Assembly: GCA_052327205.1 (NCBI GenBank)
Contig: CM126226.1
Span: 40,238,001-40,302,000, forward strand
Direction of reading: 5' to 3'
Length of the DNA: 64,000 nucleotides
Source: Somniosus microcephalus
Taxonomy: Eukaryota
The notes below the pieces were generated by a model. It saw nothing but the letters and a program-made list of their open reading frames with translations, was not told the DNA's origin and did no database searches. How positions within the stretch are numbered: position 1 is the stretch's first letter; each line of letters begins with the position of its first letter. The translations under genes and the position numbers were made by a program. Shown one piece after another: positions 48,495-60,170 of the stretch.

Positions 48495-49191
48495 GGCCTA
48501 GAAATTGGGTTGTGGGCTCGCCAGGGCTGTAGCGCCAGAAATTTTGCGCCAGCGTTAATGCGGCAGCGCCCGACGAAAATTCGGTTGCGCCGGCCCCAGA
48601 GGGCGGCGGGCGCTAAAGGAGGGTTTTAGCGCCTGAAAACGGGCGTTGAATTGGGTTTCCCGGCGCTAATCCCCCGCTGCGGCACCCGATGCGGTGCAGC
48701 AGGCTGGGGAACTGCAGGCCTCCTCCTTCTGTTAAGGAGGAGCTGCCTGCAGCCGACAACTGTCCGGCGGATTCCCCCGACATCTGAGCCCGGCACCTCG
48801 GGGAAGTGCCGGGCTCGCAGCACACACTCATCAGGGCCGCGGGGGGGTGATGCAGGAGTCCGGGAAGGGAGGTGCGGGCAGGCGGCCGCCGGGAACGCGG
48901 CCGGCCGCCGCTCCACCTTTATGCGCCGGCGCAAAGGCGTGTAAGAACACTTTTCACATTCGTTAGTTGCGCCTGCCACGGGCGAGGCGGGCGCAACTGA
49001 ATTTGGGCTTGGGGCCGGGTTACCACGGCAACCGGGACGCTGCGCACACCGATGACGTCATCGGTGCCGGCGCAGCGCTACCGGCTAACGCCGATGGTAA
49101 GGCCCAAGTCAATTTGCAAAACGGCTATAAGTCCGGCGCAAGGCCCTCTAGCGCCACTAATTGGGCGCTAAGCCCACTCAATTTCTAGGCC
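48495..49191. mobile_element. Intact CpG-rich Harbinger-like MITE (697 bp)
   Basis: TIR ggcctagaaattgggt / actcaatttctaggcc; TAT duplicated at 48492-48494 and 49192-49194. Confidence 0.9.
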
Positions 49192-49289
49192 TATGAGTTT
49201 CAAACTACTTCAACCCATCTTTACTGTAAAATAAATTGGTCCATTGTTACTTTAGGAAATGAAATCTACTTCCAAGTTTGCCTAAATAG

Positions 49290-49500
49290 CAAGTGACTAC
49301 ACTTCAAAAGTAATCCAATGGCTGTAAAGCATTCTGAGGATGTAAGGCACTATATAAATCCAAGGTCTTTCTTTTCTAAATATGAAATATCTCCCTTAAA
49401 CTCTTTGACTTGCCACCTCTCTCCTTTCCTTCAAAAGCCTGGTCAAAACATACCACATTGACTGTGCTTTTGGTCACCTCCCCTTGCTCCCTTCCTACTT
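49290..49500 (+). repeat. DeuSINE tail followed by an L2 3' UTR fragment
   Basis: gtgactacacttcaaaagtaatccaatggctgtaaagc...ggcactatataaatcc; then ctcccttaaactctt...gcttttggtcacctc. Confidence 0.6.
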
Positions 49501-49682
49501 TCTGGCTGCTGCTTGAAAAGAGAATTTCTGTATTGTAACAATGCACCTTCTCCCACCGAACCGCCCCCACCTTTTAGGTTTGTGGTACCTCCACCTAAAC
49601 AGGGTGCCATTTAAGCAGTGGTCCAACAGGAGTAGGCTCCCTCTCCAAATCTTGTTGCAACGTACCAAAACATAACTTTGCA

Positions 49683-49868
49683 GGATAGAAATTTGCCTTG
49701 GATGGCAGCGCTAAATGGGCGTCATTTCATTGGTTGCCTGTTATACGCCCCACTTGGTTATTCCATTCTATTGAAGTCAATGGGACTGAATATCGGGCAT
49801 GGAATATAATGTGAAGCTGATACAATACCCCTCATTTTGCACTACCACCTAAGATGAATTTCTACCCC
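49683..49868. mobile_element. Short foldback MITE
   Basis: TIR ggatagaaatttgccttgg / ctaagatgaatttctaccc; central attgaagtcaat. Confidence 0.65.
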
Positions 49869-50109
49869 TGCATCTTTAAACTTGCTCCAATACTGATATG
49901 GAACCATTACAATTATTGTTGGGAATTAATGGCACTTAGGATAGTTATAAAGGTGCAATTCATCTAATGGAGCGATTCAGATAATATTAAAAACAATGAC
50001 AGTAGTTTACCAAAAAAATCATCAAAACTTCAAGATTAGTTTACAGCCTGAACTCACTTCCTGGTATCTTATTTTTTTGATAATATATTCCTTGTTCTTT
50101 ATGTTCTGT

Positions 50110-50630
50110 CCATTCAGGTTTTGACACATTTTTGTCTGACAGCTGACAATGCATGTTATTTCATTGAAATATGATGACATTCAGAAATAAAGCATTAATG
50201 GCTCATGATGTTGACAAAGGGATAGTAACAATTTTTAATTTTGTGTTGATTACTGGTATTTACTGTAGAATGATTCAGACTAAGTGTGTTGTATTAAATT
50301 AGTGGAGTGAGGGGTAAATCTTAAAACATTGAAAAAAAAAGAACCAAGATAAGTTACAATGTAATCACACACAAAAAACACACACATTTTACAAAAACAC
50401 TAATGAAGACTAAATCCTCTCTCGGCAATCCTAATCTACATTATAATGAGGGTCACAGAAATCTAAAAGATGGCAGCAGATGCATTAGATTTGGAATGAC
50501 AGTTCAATTTTCAGCATGTCTGGCTATCTGTTTACAGAAGCAGGAAACAATTAAACTCCACATTTGTATCATGAGCTCCAGTTAGTCATTTAATTGCCTA
50601 AAGCTGTTGTAGCTCTCCTGATCAGCAGTT
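50110..50630. promoter_or_regulatory. Candidate conserved non-coding elements (50110-50230 and 50440-50630)
   Basis: Clustered TGACA/TGTCA-type (TALE-like), TAAT/ATTA and tgtttac motifs in unique sequence; conservation not tested. Confidence 0.3.
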
Positions 50631-51649
50631 TATTTATTTTTTAAAGAAAAAACAAGTTTAAGCAGCTTTCAACTGCACTACTCGAAACAATTCCTTTTTC
50701 AAAAATGGGACAGAAATTGATTTAAGGCTGTCGGTATTCCCTTTAAGTATTGATGGGTGAACATGTAAATAGAAGTGCACTGAAAAAGGCATGAGAAATT
50801 AATTGGAACTTTAACAAATGTCCATAACAGGAGTCCACTAATTTAATCTAATTATTCACAGAATTTCAAATGTATTATTGTATCTCATTTTGAAATATAA
50901 TTATTGATGTGGGGATAGATTTGTAAATAAAAGTGTTTGTTTTAGAAATGAATCTTTGCTTTCTCAGAATAAAATATTAATTCTTCAGGAAGGGAGTGTT
51001 TAAATAGCCTGTGCAAGTGATAAATAGCTGATTATGTAACCCTCCATGGTAACCCTGATTATGAACCAATTGCAGTCAGCAATCAAACTGGAAGGATTTT
51101 CTCCTGAAACTAAGTTTTGGCTCAGCTTATCAGTAAGCATTCGGAATGGTGACAAATATCAAGTGCTGAATCTTGGCGTTATGGCAACATAAAAATATAT
51201 ATTTTCACTGAACAGAATGGGGAAGTATGATTAGGAGGTATGGGGCAGTCAGCGAACCTATAAAAAATCAAACGGACATAATTTGCCTTTTAGCTTTGTA
51301 GTTTGTTTTTCAGTTCTGATTTGGTACGAGGTTTTGCTTTTGATGGTCAGGCAATTTCATTATGAAAGTCAACAACAATTAAGAGATACTGCATCTTTAA
51401 AGAGAAGGGAGTTGCACCTAAATGAGTGTCCGCTTCCTTTGTGTTTTCCGAGTCATAATTACTTGGTGCAAAAGACCACTGCTGAGCCTGAAGACAGACT
51501 GTGTACATACACACAGTGCTAGAAATGGCTAGCGGACCTCATGCTGGGGGCAAATCTGCTGAACAAAAGTAACTGAAATGTAGACAGACCTTTGTGAGGC
51601 TTAAAACTGTATTATCACCATTTTGGGCCTATATAGACTGTAAGGTTTT

Positions 51650-51786
51650 TTCTGACCAAAGGGCATCGACCTGAAATGTTAACCCTACGTTTCTCTCTCC
51701 ACAGATGCTACCTGACCTGCTGAGTGTTTCCTGCATTTTCTGTTTTTATTTCAGATCTCCAGCATATGCAGTACCTGTATTTTGCA
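51650..51786 (+). mobile_element. Penelope pLTR with a degenerate hammerhead
   Basis: ctgacca-a-agggc-atc-gacct-gaaat-gttaac, then cagatgctacctgacctgctgag...tttcagatctccagcat. Confidence 0.8.
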
Positions 51787-52167
51787 CTCAGGTTTTTTTT
51801 CCTGGTTGTCCTAACCACATGGATAATTACTAATGGTTTGAGAAATGAATAAGTTATTACCATTTTTAGATGTAGGCACAGTGATAACCAGCTTGGGGAT
51901 AATTCTAGAAGCAGGTTCTTTTGAGTCTCCATTAAAAAGTGAATTGCAATTAACTGAAGCGAGAGCAATGCTTGTGTTGTACATCTGTGCCAACTTTAAC
52001 CAAAATGTTCCAAACCAAAAAAGGATACAGAAAGTTTTGCCTAGAGCCAAATATTATACACGATACAATATATTCATCTTTTTCTATAAACAGATGTAAA
52101 TAAAATCACAATTTAGCTTAAATTAACATACTTTAGTAAGTCTTGAGTGATCTTAAAATGATGAGTT

Positions 52168-52186
52168 GTGTGTGTGTGTGTGTGTG
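52168..52186 (+). repeat. (TG)n microsatellite
   Basis: tgtgtgtgtgtgtgtgtg. Confidence 0.9.
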
Positions 52187-53944
52187 CAGAATAGAAAGTA
52201 ACCTAGTGGTAAACCCAAAAAGAACTATTGTAATGTTGTGGGAGACAGTCAACCATATGAAAACCAGACACCACTAGTGATGGTTTCATCCAAAACCAGA
52301 GACCACAGACCACGGTCTGTCTTAGTTGTTCTTTCTTCTACCCAACTTACAGAACAGAGCTGCTTTTGAAAGCAACTCGATACATTTGAGGTTTCATCTA
52401 CCTGCTGGTAAGATTATCCCATTTATAGTGCAGAGAGATTTGACCAGTTATTGGGTGGGAAAGGGCGGATATGGCAGCCAAAACTGTGGCCAGCCTGACT
52501 GCTTAATGTCCTCATGCTGTTCCCTGCTGGGTACTGTAAAGCCCATTTCCCATTTATGTGAAGGAAGAAAAAAAAAATAGCAAAAATCCTAGTGTTTTCC
52601 TTCTTTTTTTAATTAACAATTTCCCTCTCCACCCACCCCCACATAAAGCTATCCACAACTATGGAGGAGGCACACCAGGAAATGCTGGGAAAAGCAATGC
52701 ATTGCTGTTATGGGTAAAAGCAGGATGGACTGGCAGCAGTAAGACTGGTGGTCGACAAAACCGCTAATATTGTATTTGTTGCTCACATGGGAAAGCAACA
52801 ATTAAAACAACGTCTGGCACCTCTGACTTTCAGAAAGCCACCAAAAAAAGGTACATTTCCCCAAAACAAGTCTACTTTTTGAAAATTGCACAATTTACAG
52901 CAGTACACTAGGACTGAATTAATTTGGGTACTGTTTGCTAATAGATACAGGGGCATTAATTTTCCCTGTACCATTAATATTTGAATTTAACCACTGCCAA
53001 AAGGTATCCATACCCTATATATAAACAATAATTTTTTAAGCTCACAGATGTTAGAGGGTATGGCACTTTAAAAAATGTACATGGTAATTGCTTTAAAAAA
53101 ACTTATGTTTTTAATACCAATACTAAACACAATAGTTTAGAGATCATTCAAGGTCCCATTCGCACCACATGTAGCACTAGATTTTCAACTGCACTTTTTT
53201 TTGTCTTAACCCTTCAGCTCACTCACAATACATTGCCATGAGACACTGCCTGCATCCACTCTGCACAGCTGCAATAAAGATACCATCTGGTACTCAGAAC
53301 TGCAGTGGACAGGACAGGACAGGACAGCAAATGGAATCTCTGAACGTGAATGACTTAAAGACAGCAGGGCTTTTTGGGTTTTTTTTTCCCTTTTCAAATG
53401 ACTCCCCCAACTCCTCCCCCAAAGAAACATGATGCTCAACTGATATATCACACATGCAACAAAGAGCAAAGAGCTGAAGACAAAGAAGGTTGGCTCCATT
53501 TGTAGTGTATGCAACAGAAAATTGTGACATATTATACAATTTGCAGCCAGGTTCTGCTGCAGTTGTGAAACCTTTTTCCATGTCTGATTAATAGTTTCAA
53601 ATTGCTTATTGAATCGTATGTGCGATTACCTAGAATGTAATCAATTTCAAATGATGGAAGGCTGGGGGTGGAGAGGTATTAACGGGGATGGGGAAATAAA
53701 CTCTTCCTGTAAGAAACTGGATCATTCTATGCAGACTTGTAGATAGAAATTGTGTGGTTTTGATGTGACATTTTACAGCTGACAGAGTTGGATATAAAGA
53801 TTAAAATATTTTCTTAATTAGAAATTGTTGTACTCTACATATACACATATTAAATAATTGAGTTTACACAAATTCTAATAGACAGTAAAACTCCAGCTGC
53901 CTACTTTTGTGATGTAACATCTAGAGTAACAACAAAAATGAAAT

Positions 53945-54015
53945 GCTTACCTGAGTATAACCACCAAAGGAAATATCGACAGCATATGGAAGAAGAGGAA
54001 AAAATACACCATTAG
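53945..54015 (-). other. Candidate splice signal: branch-like CTAAT, AG-free pyrimidine-rich zone, CAG|GTAAGC
   Basis: Minus strand ctaatggtgtattttttcctcttcttccatatgctgtcgatatttcctttggtggttatactcag|gtaagc. Confidence 0.4.
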
Positions 54016-56714
54016 TTTGTTTTCTGAAACTGGATCATCAATAAAAGTATAAGATTCTTATGAAAATTTACCATAAAACTATGAAACTTGCTTTCATATG
54101 GTTGAGCCAGGACACAGTACAGGTACTTACATTTTTTGTAATTTCTTACTCACTTTCAACAAGTCCAAAACATCAGAATGCTATAAGATTACAATAGTGA
54201 ATACAGTATGCACAGCCACATCTGTGAGTTCATATATCTCAGTCTGAAACATGCTACATTAATTTATTTCTGCACTTTTTGTAACTTTTAAGAGGCTTAA
54301 TATAATGCGCAAGACCACACGATACACAAATAAAATTGTTAAAAATCAGATTAAGTGCACAAGAAGTTTACTGCAGCCTTTATAAATAATTTGAGTAACC
54401 CTGGTTTTCATCTAGGCATACCAATAAACCTGGTTGGCAAGTTCAGTGAACTTTCTGGATCAAATGTCCATTAATTTGGGCATTAAATTGAAATGTTGAG
54501 ACAGGTCTTTGGCCTTTGAAACATTTGTCCAACCTCCCAGAAAAAATGCTATGTATTGTAAGAGATACTGCTAAAACAAAGGCTTTACTGGGAGTCATAC
54601 CTGCTGCTCAATATCGTGTCTCAGTTTTGAAAATATACATCCTCAGTAAGCATGCTTTCCAAATTGCCATAGTGTTTTATACTGTGAGCAGGGTTGGGAA
54701 ACACTGCTGTTGTGTAAATTACTGGTCCAAGGCCATAAAATATAAAAACTTAGTACAGTAATTGATTACATTTTGTTTTCTTTTAACAATCAAAACCAAG
54801 AAACAGCAAATAATGTATGCAATACAGTATTACAACAAGCACTAACAGTGGCAATCTCTCAACTGATCTATTTACTGGAAGTGCTTGTCTTCCAGATATT
54901 AAACTAGAATTGGTAGAGAAATTGTGGTACTGGTCAATGGTCAAATCCTGTACAAAATTCTACATTCTAGTAGCCTGGTCAAACCTTTACAGTTGCAGGA
55001 CTGAGGAACACTTGATTTCTCCAGTACCACAGTTTGGATTAAAGTTGTTTTATGTCTCTGATTTCATACTTTGTACTGTACTGTATATTCAAGTCTTCAA
55101 AAGCTCAAGAAGATAATAAATCAGTTTGGCAGAAGGCCTCAGGAGATCTCAAAACTTGTGTAGGCACCAAAAGTTAGTACAACACAAAGGATTGTCTTCC
55201 TACAGCATATTCTCCACACCATATTTAGGACTTTGCTTAGCATAAATCAACCAAATCGTAAAGTGAATATCCACCTTGCTGTATATGGCAATTTAAACTT
55301 TATTCTAGTTGAAGGGTGTAGAAGATGTACTATATGTGCTGCAAACAATAAACCCTGATCATGTTTTAATCATTCTTGTATATACTCTCACAATCCTGTC
55401 ATTTGCAGGGGCATACACCAGACTGCAAGTAAATGAGGTTCAAACTACTCTGCAAAACAGATTATCTAATTCAACTAAAGTATAAAAGCAAGGAATCTTT
55501 CTGCTACATTTTTTTTGCTCACAATCAGCATGTACATAGGACCATTTAGAAGATGATATAGATGAAAATGTAGCCTGAGCTCCTCAAAACATATAGATTC
55601 ACAAAAAGATGTATGCAAGCTACAGTATCAAGTTACCATTAATATGCAGTGTAGTTATGCAACAGAAATGTGTGCAACTGCCCTTCTGAAAATTGGCCCA
55701 GGAAATGATTTTTTCTCAAGCCTAATTAGGTCTGTAATGAATCCCATATTTTTTGCCTTTGCACCTTTTTGATGTTTCTCACTCGAAAGCTTTGAGGATT
55801 TAGGCTTCGCGGTAGGGGGCTACAAACACTACCCGAAGAAGGATGATCAGCACTGGGGGCCAGTAAAAGAGCAATCTGGGTCGTACCAAAGATTCCAGAG
55901 AAAAAAAAATCTAATTAAAATTTGCATTCACTCTGGTGTCCTAGCACAGTTCCAAAAGCTTTGTTATGCCCAATTCTTAAATATAGGTATGAGTACAGTA
56001 GCCAAAAGGGTTATAAGGCCATTGCTGCTTTAAAAGTGATATACAGCTCCATTGTTGCCGATACCATTCCACTGCCACCCCCACATCTGAGTTCCAAGAA
56101 TCTGTAGTGACCAGTAAAGAAAAGGTTATGACCTTTTGAACCAGTGGACTCTGCCTCATTTCACATGTGAACAGATAACAATTTGAGCATGCCTCTTATC
56201 CTCAATCATAACTTGACTAATTTACTGGATTCCCAAATCATTTGGACTTGTCATGCTAATCAACCACCCTCAAAATTGAGTTACATTAAACAATTTATGG
56301 TGTTTTATGAAGGATACATATTAAAATAAGTTAAAAATTGTAATATGAAGGTGCAATGTCCTTTTTCAAAGAGATCTTACAAAAACTATACCAGCAAGCT
56401 AGCTAAAACTGCTAAATCTATTTCAAATGTTATCCTAAGCTCAAAATGCCTGCTTCAATGACTGATCCAGAATTTTTCAAATAAAAAAGGTGATATTTAC
56501 ACCCATTCTTAATCTGGGTGCTCCCACTACTTCCTTCCAACAGAGCAGTTTGAGCATCAGTGGTGAAGTATGCTACTGTCATAGATGGTTTCATCTAAGA
56601 GCTGATACAGTTTACTCAAAAAGACATGGAGATTTGGAATATTAGTATCTATGGAGAGATCTATATGAAGGTGGGAAGGCCAAGATGCAAATTTAAAGGA
56701 AAATGGAAGCCAAA

Positions 56715-57328
56715 GGCTTAAATTTCTTCAGAGCCTGGGCGCAATGGGGCAGGGGGTAAAGTGAGTGGAAGAGGCTCAGTGAGTGGAAAAATTAGGTGGG
56801 ATCCAGCAATGCCAGGTCCATCGTTCAGATGAGCCAAATTTCCACTGAAACCTAGGGCGAGCAGAAGTTCCATCTGCCTCACGAAAGGCCCAATGTCAGA
56901 AGGAGGTCGGAGGGATGGTTTCCTCAGTCAAATTCCCACAGCTTCTGCCTTTGCATCTAACAATCTGGATATTGGAAATAAACCAGCATCCTGATTCTTG
57001 GAGGGGTGCAAATTCAACCCACTAGGGTCTGCAAGTCAGCATCATGGCATGAAAGACCCCAGAATTGACCTTTAATCATTTTTACCATCGGGTCACTTAC
57101 CTGCGGGGATGGAACTTTTGGAAGGGGCATGCCAGTGGCATCCTCAAGTGGCTATTCAGCATTGCATCTTTTTCTCCCTCTCTAGCAGGCACCCAAAATT
57201 CAAACAAACTGACACAGCCACCCACCATTAATAATTAAGATAAGATTACCCCACCCTGACTTGAATACTCCAGTGGGGTCAGGAGCAGAGGTCAGCGGCT
57301 GAGCAAGTATGAGGACTTCTGGCTCAGA
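56715..57328. mobile_element. Old decayed Harbinger-like insert
   Basis: GC-richer island with MITE-style hairpins (tgccagtggca) and weak terminal similarity. Confidence 0.35.
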
Positions 57329-57396
57329 AGAATTTTTAAAATTTTGGAACAAATGTACGTACAGCACACACCAGTGGATGTGATAAGCTTTCACTA

Positions 57397-57553
57397 GGAG
57401 TAGATTTTCGTCTTCACCACTGGGCGGTAATTTGGCAGAGCAGATCGCCTGCCCATTATAGAACCCAATGATTTTTATTGGACGGGTTCTACAACAGGCG
57501 GGCAATCTGTTCCACCAGACAACACCCAGGCGATGAAGACAAAAATCTATCCC
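57397..57553. mobile_element. Full-length foldback (palindromic) MITE
   Basis: ggagtagattttcgtcttcaccactggg...tagaaccc pairs along its length with gggttcta...cccaggcgatgaagacaaaaatctatccc. Confidence 0.8.
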
Positions 57554-57604
57554 CACAATGTTTTAAAATTGCGCCAGTAGTGCCCTGCCCCCAAAAGTTT
57601 GTCA

Positions 57605-57945
57605 CAGTGATAAGGAAGGTCCAAAGTTTTATCCCTTTTATATGCTGAATTAAGCAATCTAAGCCACAGAGATCAGGATGCTACTGTTGGCACTAGAGTC
57701 CCCAGGCTAAGAACATGGAAGAAAAATAAAGTTGGGGTCCTCCTTCTGATCACCATTAAATGACCCCTGGTGGAGGTGGTTATATAGATGTTGGATAGCT
57801 CACTAACTCACTGAATAGCGTAGTAACCACTGTCGGAGCTCACACATGACAAATGTAAATTTGAGTGAGACTGGCACATCAATGTCACCTCAGCATGAGG
57901 TATCACCTTCATAACAGGGGGAAAAGGGGAGAATGGAAGAAGAAA
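57605..57945 (+). repeat. Old SINE family A
   Basis: ggaaggtccaaagtt...tgctgaattaagc...tgacccctggtgga...cactgtcggagctcacacatga...caccttca. Confidence 0.55.
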
Positions 57946-59944
57946 ACTGAAGGGAAACGATCAGGTGGTGTGTACATTTAGTTTCCTTTTAATTACAAAA
58001 ATTAGAATTTAAAAAATTAGAAAATTTGTTAAATGGTGAACCATACATTCTACTGAATTGTCTTCATCATCCTAAATGTTACAAAGGTTTATATCTGCAC
58101 AGTGGTGTTCCTCAGTTGCCCTGATTACCCTGTTTCACACTTTAGAGTTTCTAGTGCAAGGCAGACCTGGCAGAGACATTTTGTGCAGAGGTGCCCCTCA
58201 TATGACATCATTAAGTTCCACTTCAGTCAAATCATGATGAATAGGGAATGCAGTTCACAACCCATGGACTCCATTAATAACATCACTAGAGTGGAACTTC
58301 AGAATCTTGCATGGAGAATTACTACACAAAATGTCTGCCCCTGGGCTACCTCTAACTAGCAGTTCTAAAACATTAAACAGGGGAGCCAGAGCTGACAAAC
58401 CACATTGGTAACATTTATGATTCTGTGACAGTTCAGTAAAGTAAATTTTCCCTTTAAGGCATTGTAGTAGCCCTAGATTTCCCTTTCTCTCTGTAAGGAA
58501 GTACCTAATGTCTATTCACTGCTTCCCCACCAGCACACCAAAATCAGGAACTCACCATTTGAGATATCCCCTGTAATAATTCAACCACTATTCCCTTCAC
58601 AAGATGTAACATACCATGTGGACATTTACCAATGAACATAGCAACAACTCTAAATATAAATGTATATATTATAATAAAAGAAAACATAAAGCTTTAATGA
58701 TCCAAATTAAAAGCAGCATAGCACATGTCGCCGTAGCATTATAAATGTTCTATATTGTAGTTAGTGCAGCAAGACAACTTGCTATTTTGGAGTGGAAACT
58801 CAATGCAGGTAATTGGGTCGAATTGCGACTCCTATAATGTTTACTATTTAGCGGATTTTATTATAAATAAGTGACTGATTATTCTGTTTTTAAATAACAG
58901 TTAGATCCAGGGAAAGGAGTCATTTCTTTTTTACTGTCAGTGGCAGATTTAAAAGCCCCCCACTAGGGGTTTTAACCTCTCAATGGAAAGAATAATCAGT
59001 ACTGGCAGAGAAAGAGACAATGGCAGCCTTCCGTGCACATAGCCTGGGATACAGCTGATCCCCCTCACAGCATGTGGAGGCAGAGAGGCGGGTAGTAAGG
59101 AAAAGGGGGAGTGGCAGGGAGAAGCAGTTTTACAGCTTTGCATTCCAGCCCTCCCGCCTGCTCCTATCTCCAAATTGGACAGCCTGAACTTTTGACCCTT
59201 CAGCAGACACACAAGCAGAAAAAAGTATGGCCATAACACTGTCTGCTTCAGGGCATGGCCTCACTTCAACAGTCTGGACCATGTCTTCCTTCCCCGCCTC
59301 TTCCCCCCTCCAAAATAAAGAAACTTTGACCATTACCTGTTTTATGACCACCAGATGGTAAAGTCCCTAGTGACTGTGGACTTTCTAACTCCTGAATCTG
59401 ACCTCATGACCCCATAAGGCAACTAGCAGTACGCTATCGTTACCTCGATGGGAAAAACAAACCTTACCCATAGTCACATCTCTATAAAGTTTTTATCTGC
59501 TTTAAAAGTAAAGGCACTATATTTCCTATGCTCCATTATCAGATTACAACTGATGTTTTTTTCAATCCCAATGAATGATTTTTAACTAGTGTTAGTTTTA
59601 TATTTTGGTTATTTCTGCAAATACATTGTAAATCATAATTTCCTTCATTAAATAAAAATCTTTCAACCATACACTGTTTTCATTAAATCATGATAGTTTT
59701 TAAAAACTGCATTAAAGGTATCAAGTTAGAGACCCTACTAAAAATGAGTAGCACTTTGTGTACATTTATAAGGGGGAGAGAAACAAACAGAATTGAACAA
59801 TTCATGCCAAAACTATATTCTCCAAACCGCTATACACCCAGGGCTAAAGCTAAAGCAGAAAATAATGCTGAACCTGCCTTTTAAAATTTTATTGGCAACT
59901 TTATAACTTTACCACCAACCCCAAAAGAGACACAAAAAATCCAA

Positions 59945-60170
59945 ATATTTGGCCCCCAGCTGTGAAGGGAGAAGGAATTAAAGAGAGTCACCATGCAGCT
60001 GTAAAAAGCCTGTCTGGCCCCTTTTTTATAATTCGTTCAAGCTTTAATTGCCATCTTGAAAAGTGATCATCAGGGATGGTTAGCTTTAATTGCCTTGAAT
60101 GCCCCTTAATGATTACAGTCACAGTGTTTTTGTGATGACCAGAAAGGAGAGAATTTAACATGACCGTGAA
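59945..60170. promoter_or_regulatory. Candidate enhancer/CNE with paired homeodomain sites
   Basis: agctttaattgcc twice (60040, 60082); CAGCTG twice (59957, 59996); ttaatgatta. Confidence 0.4.
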
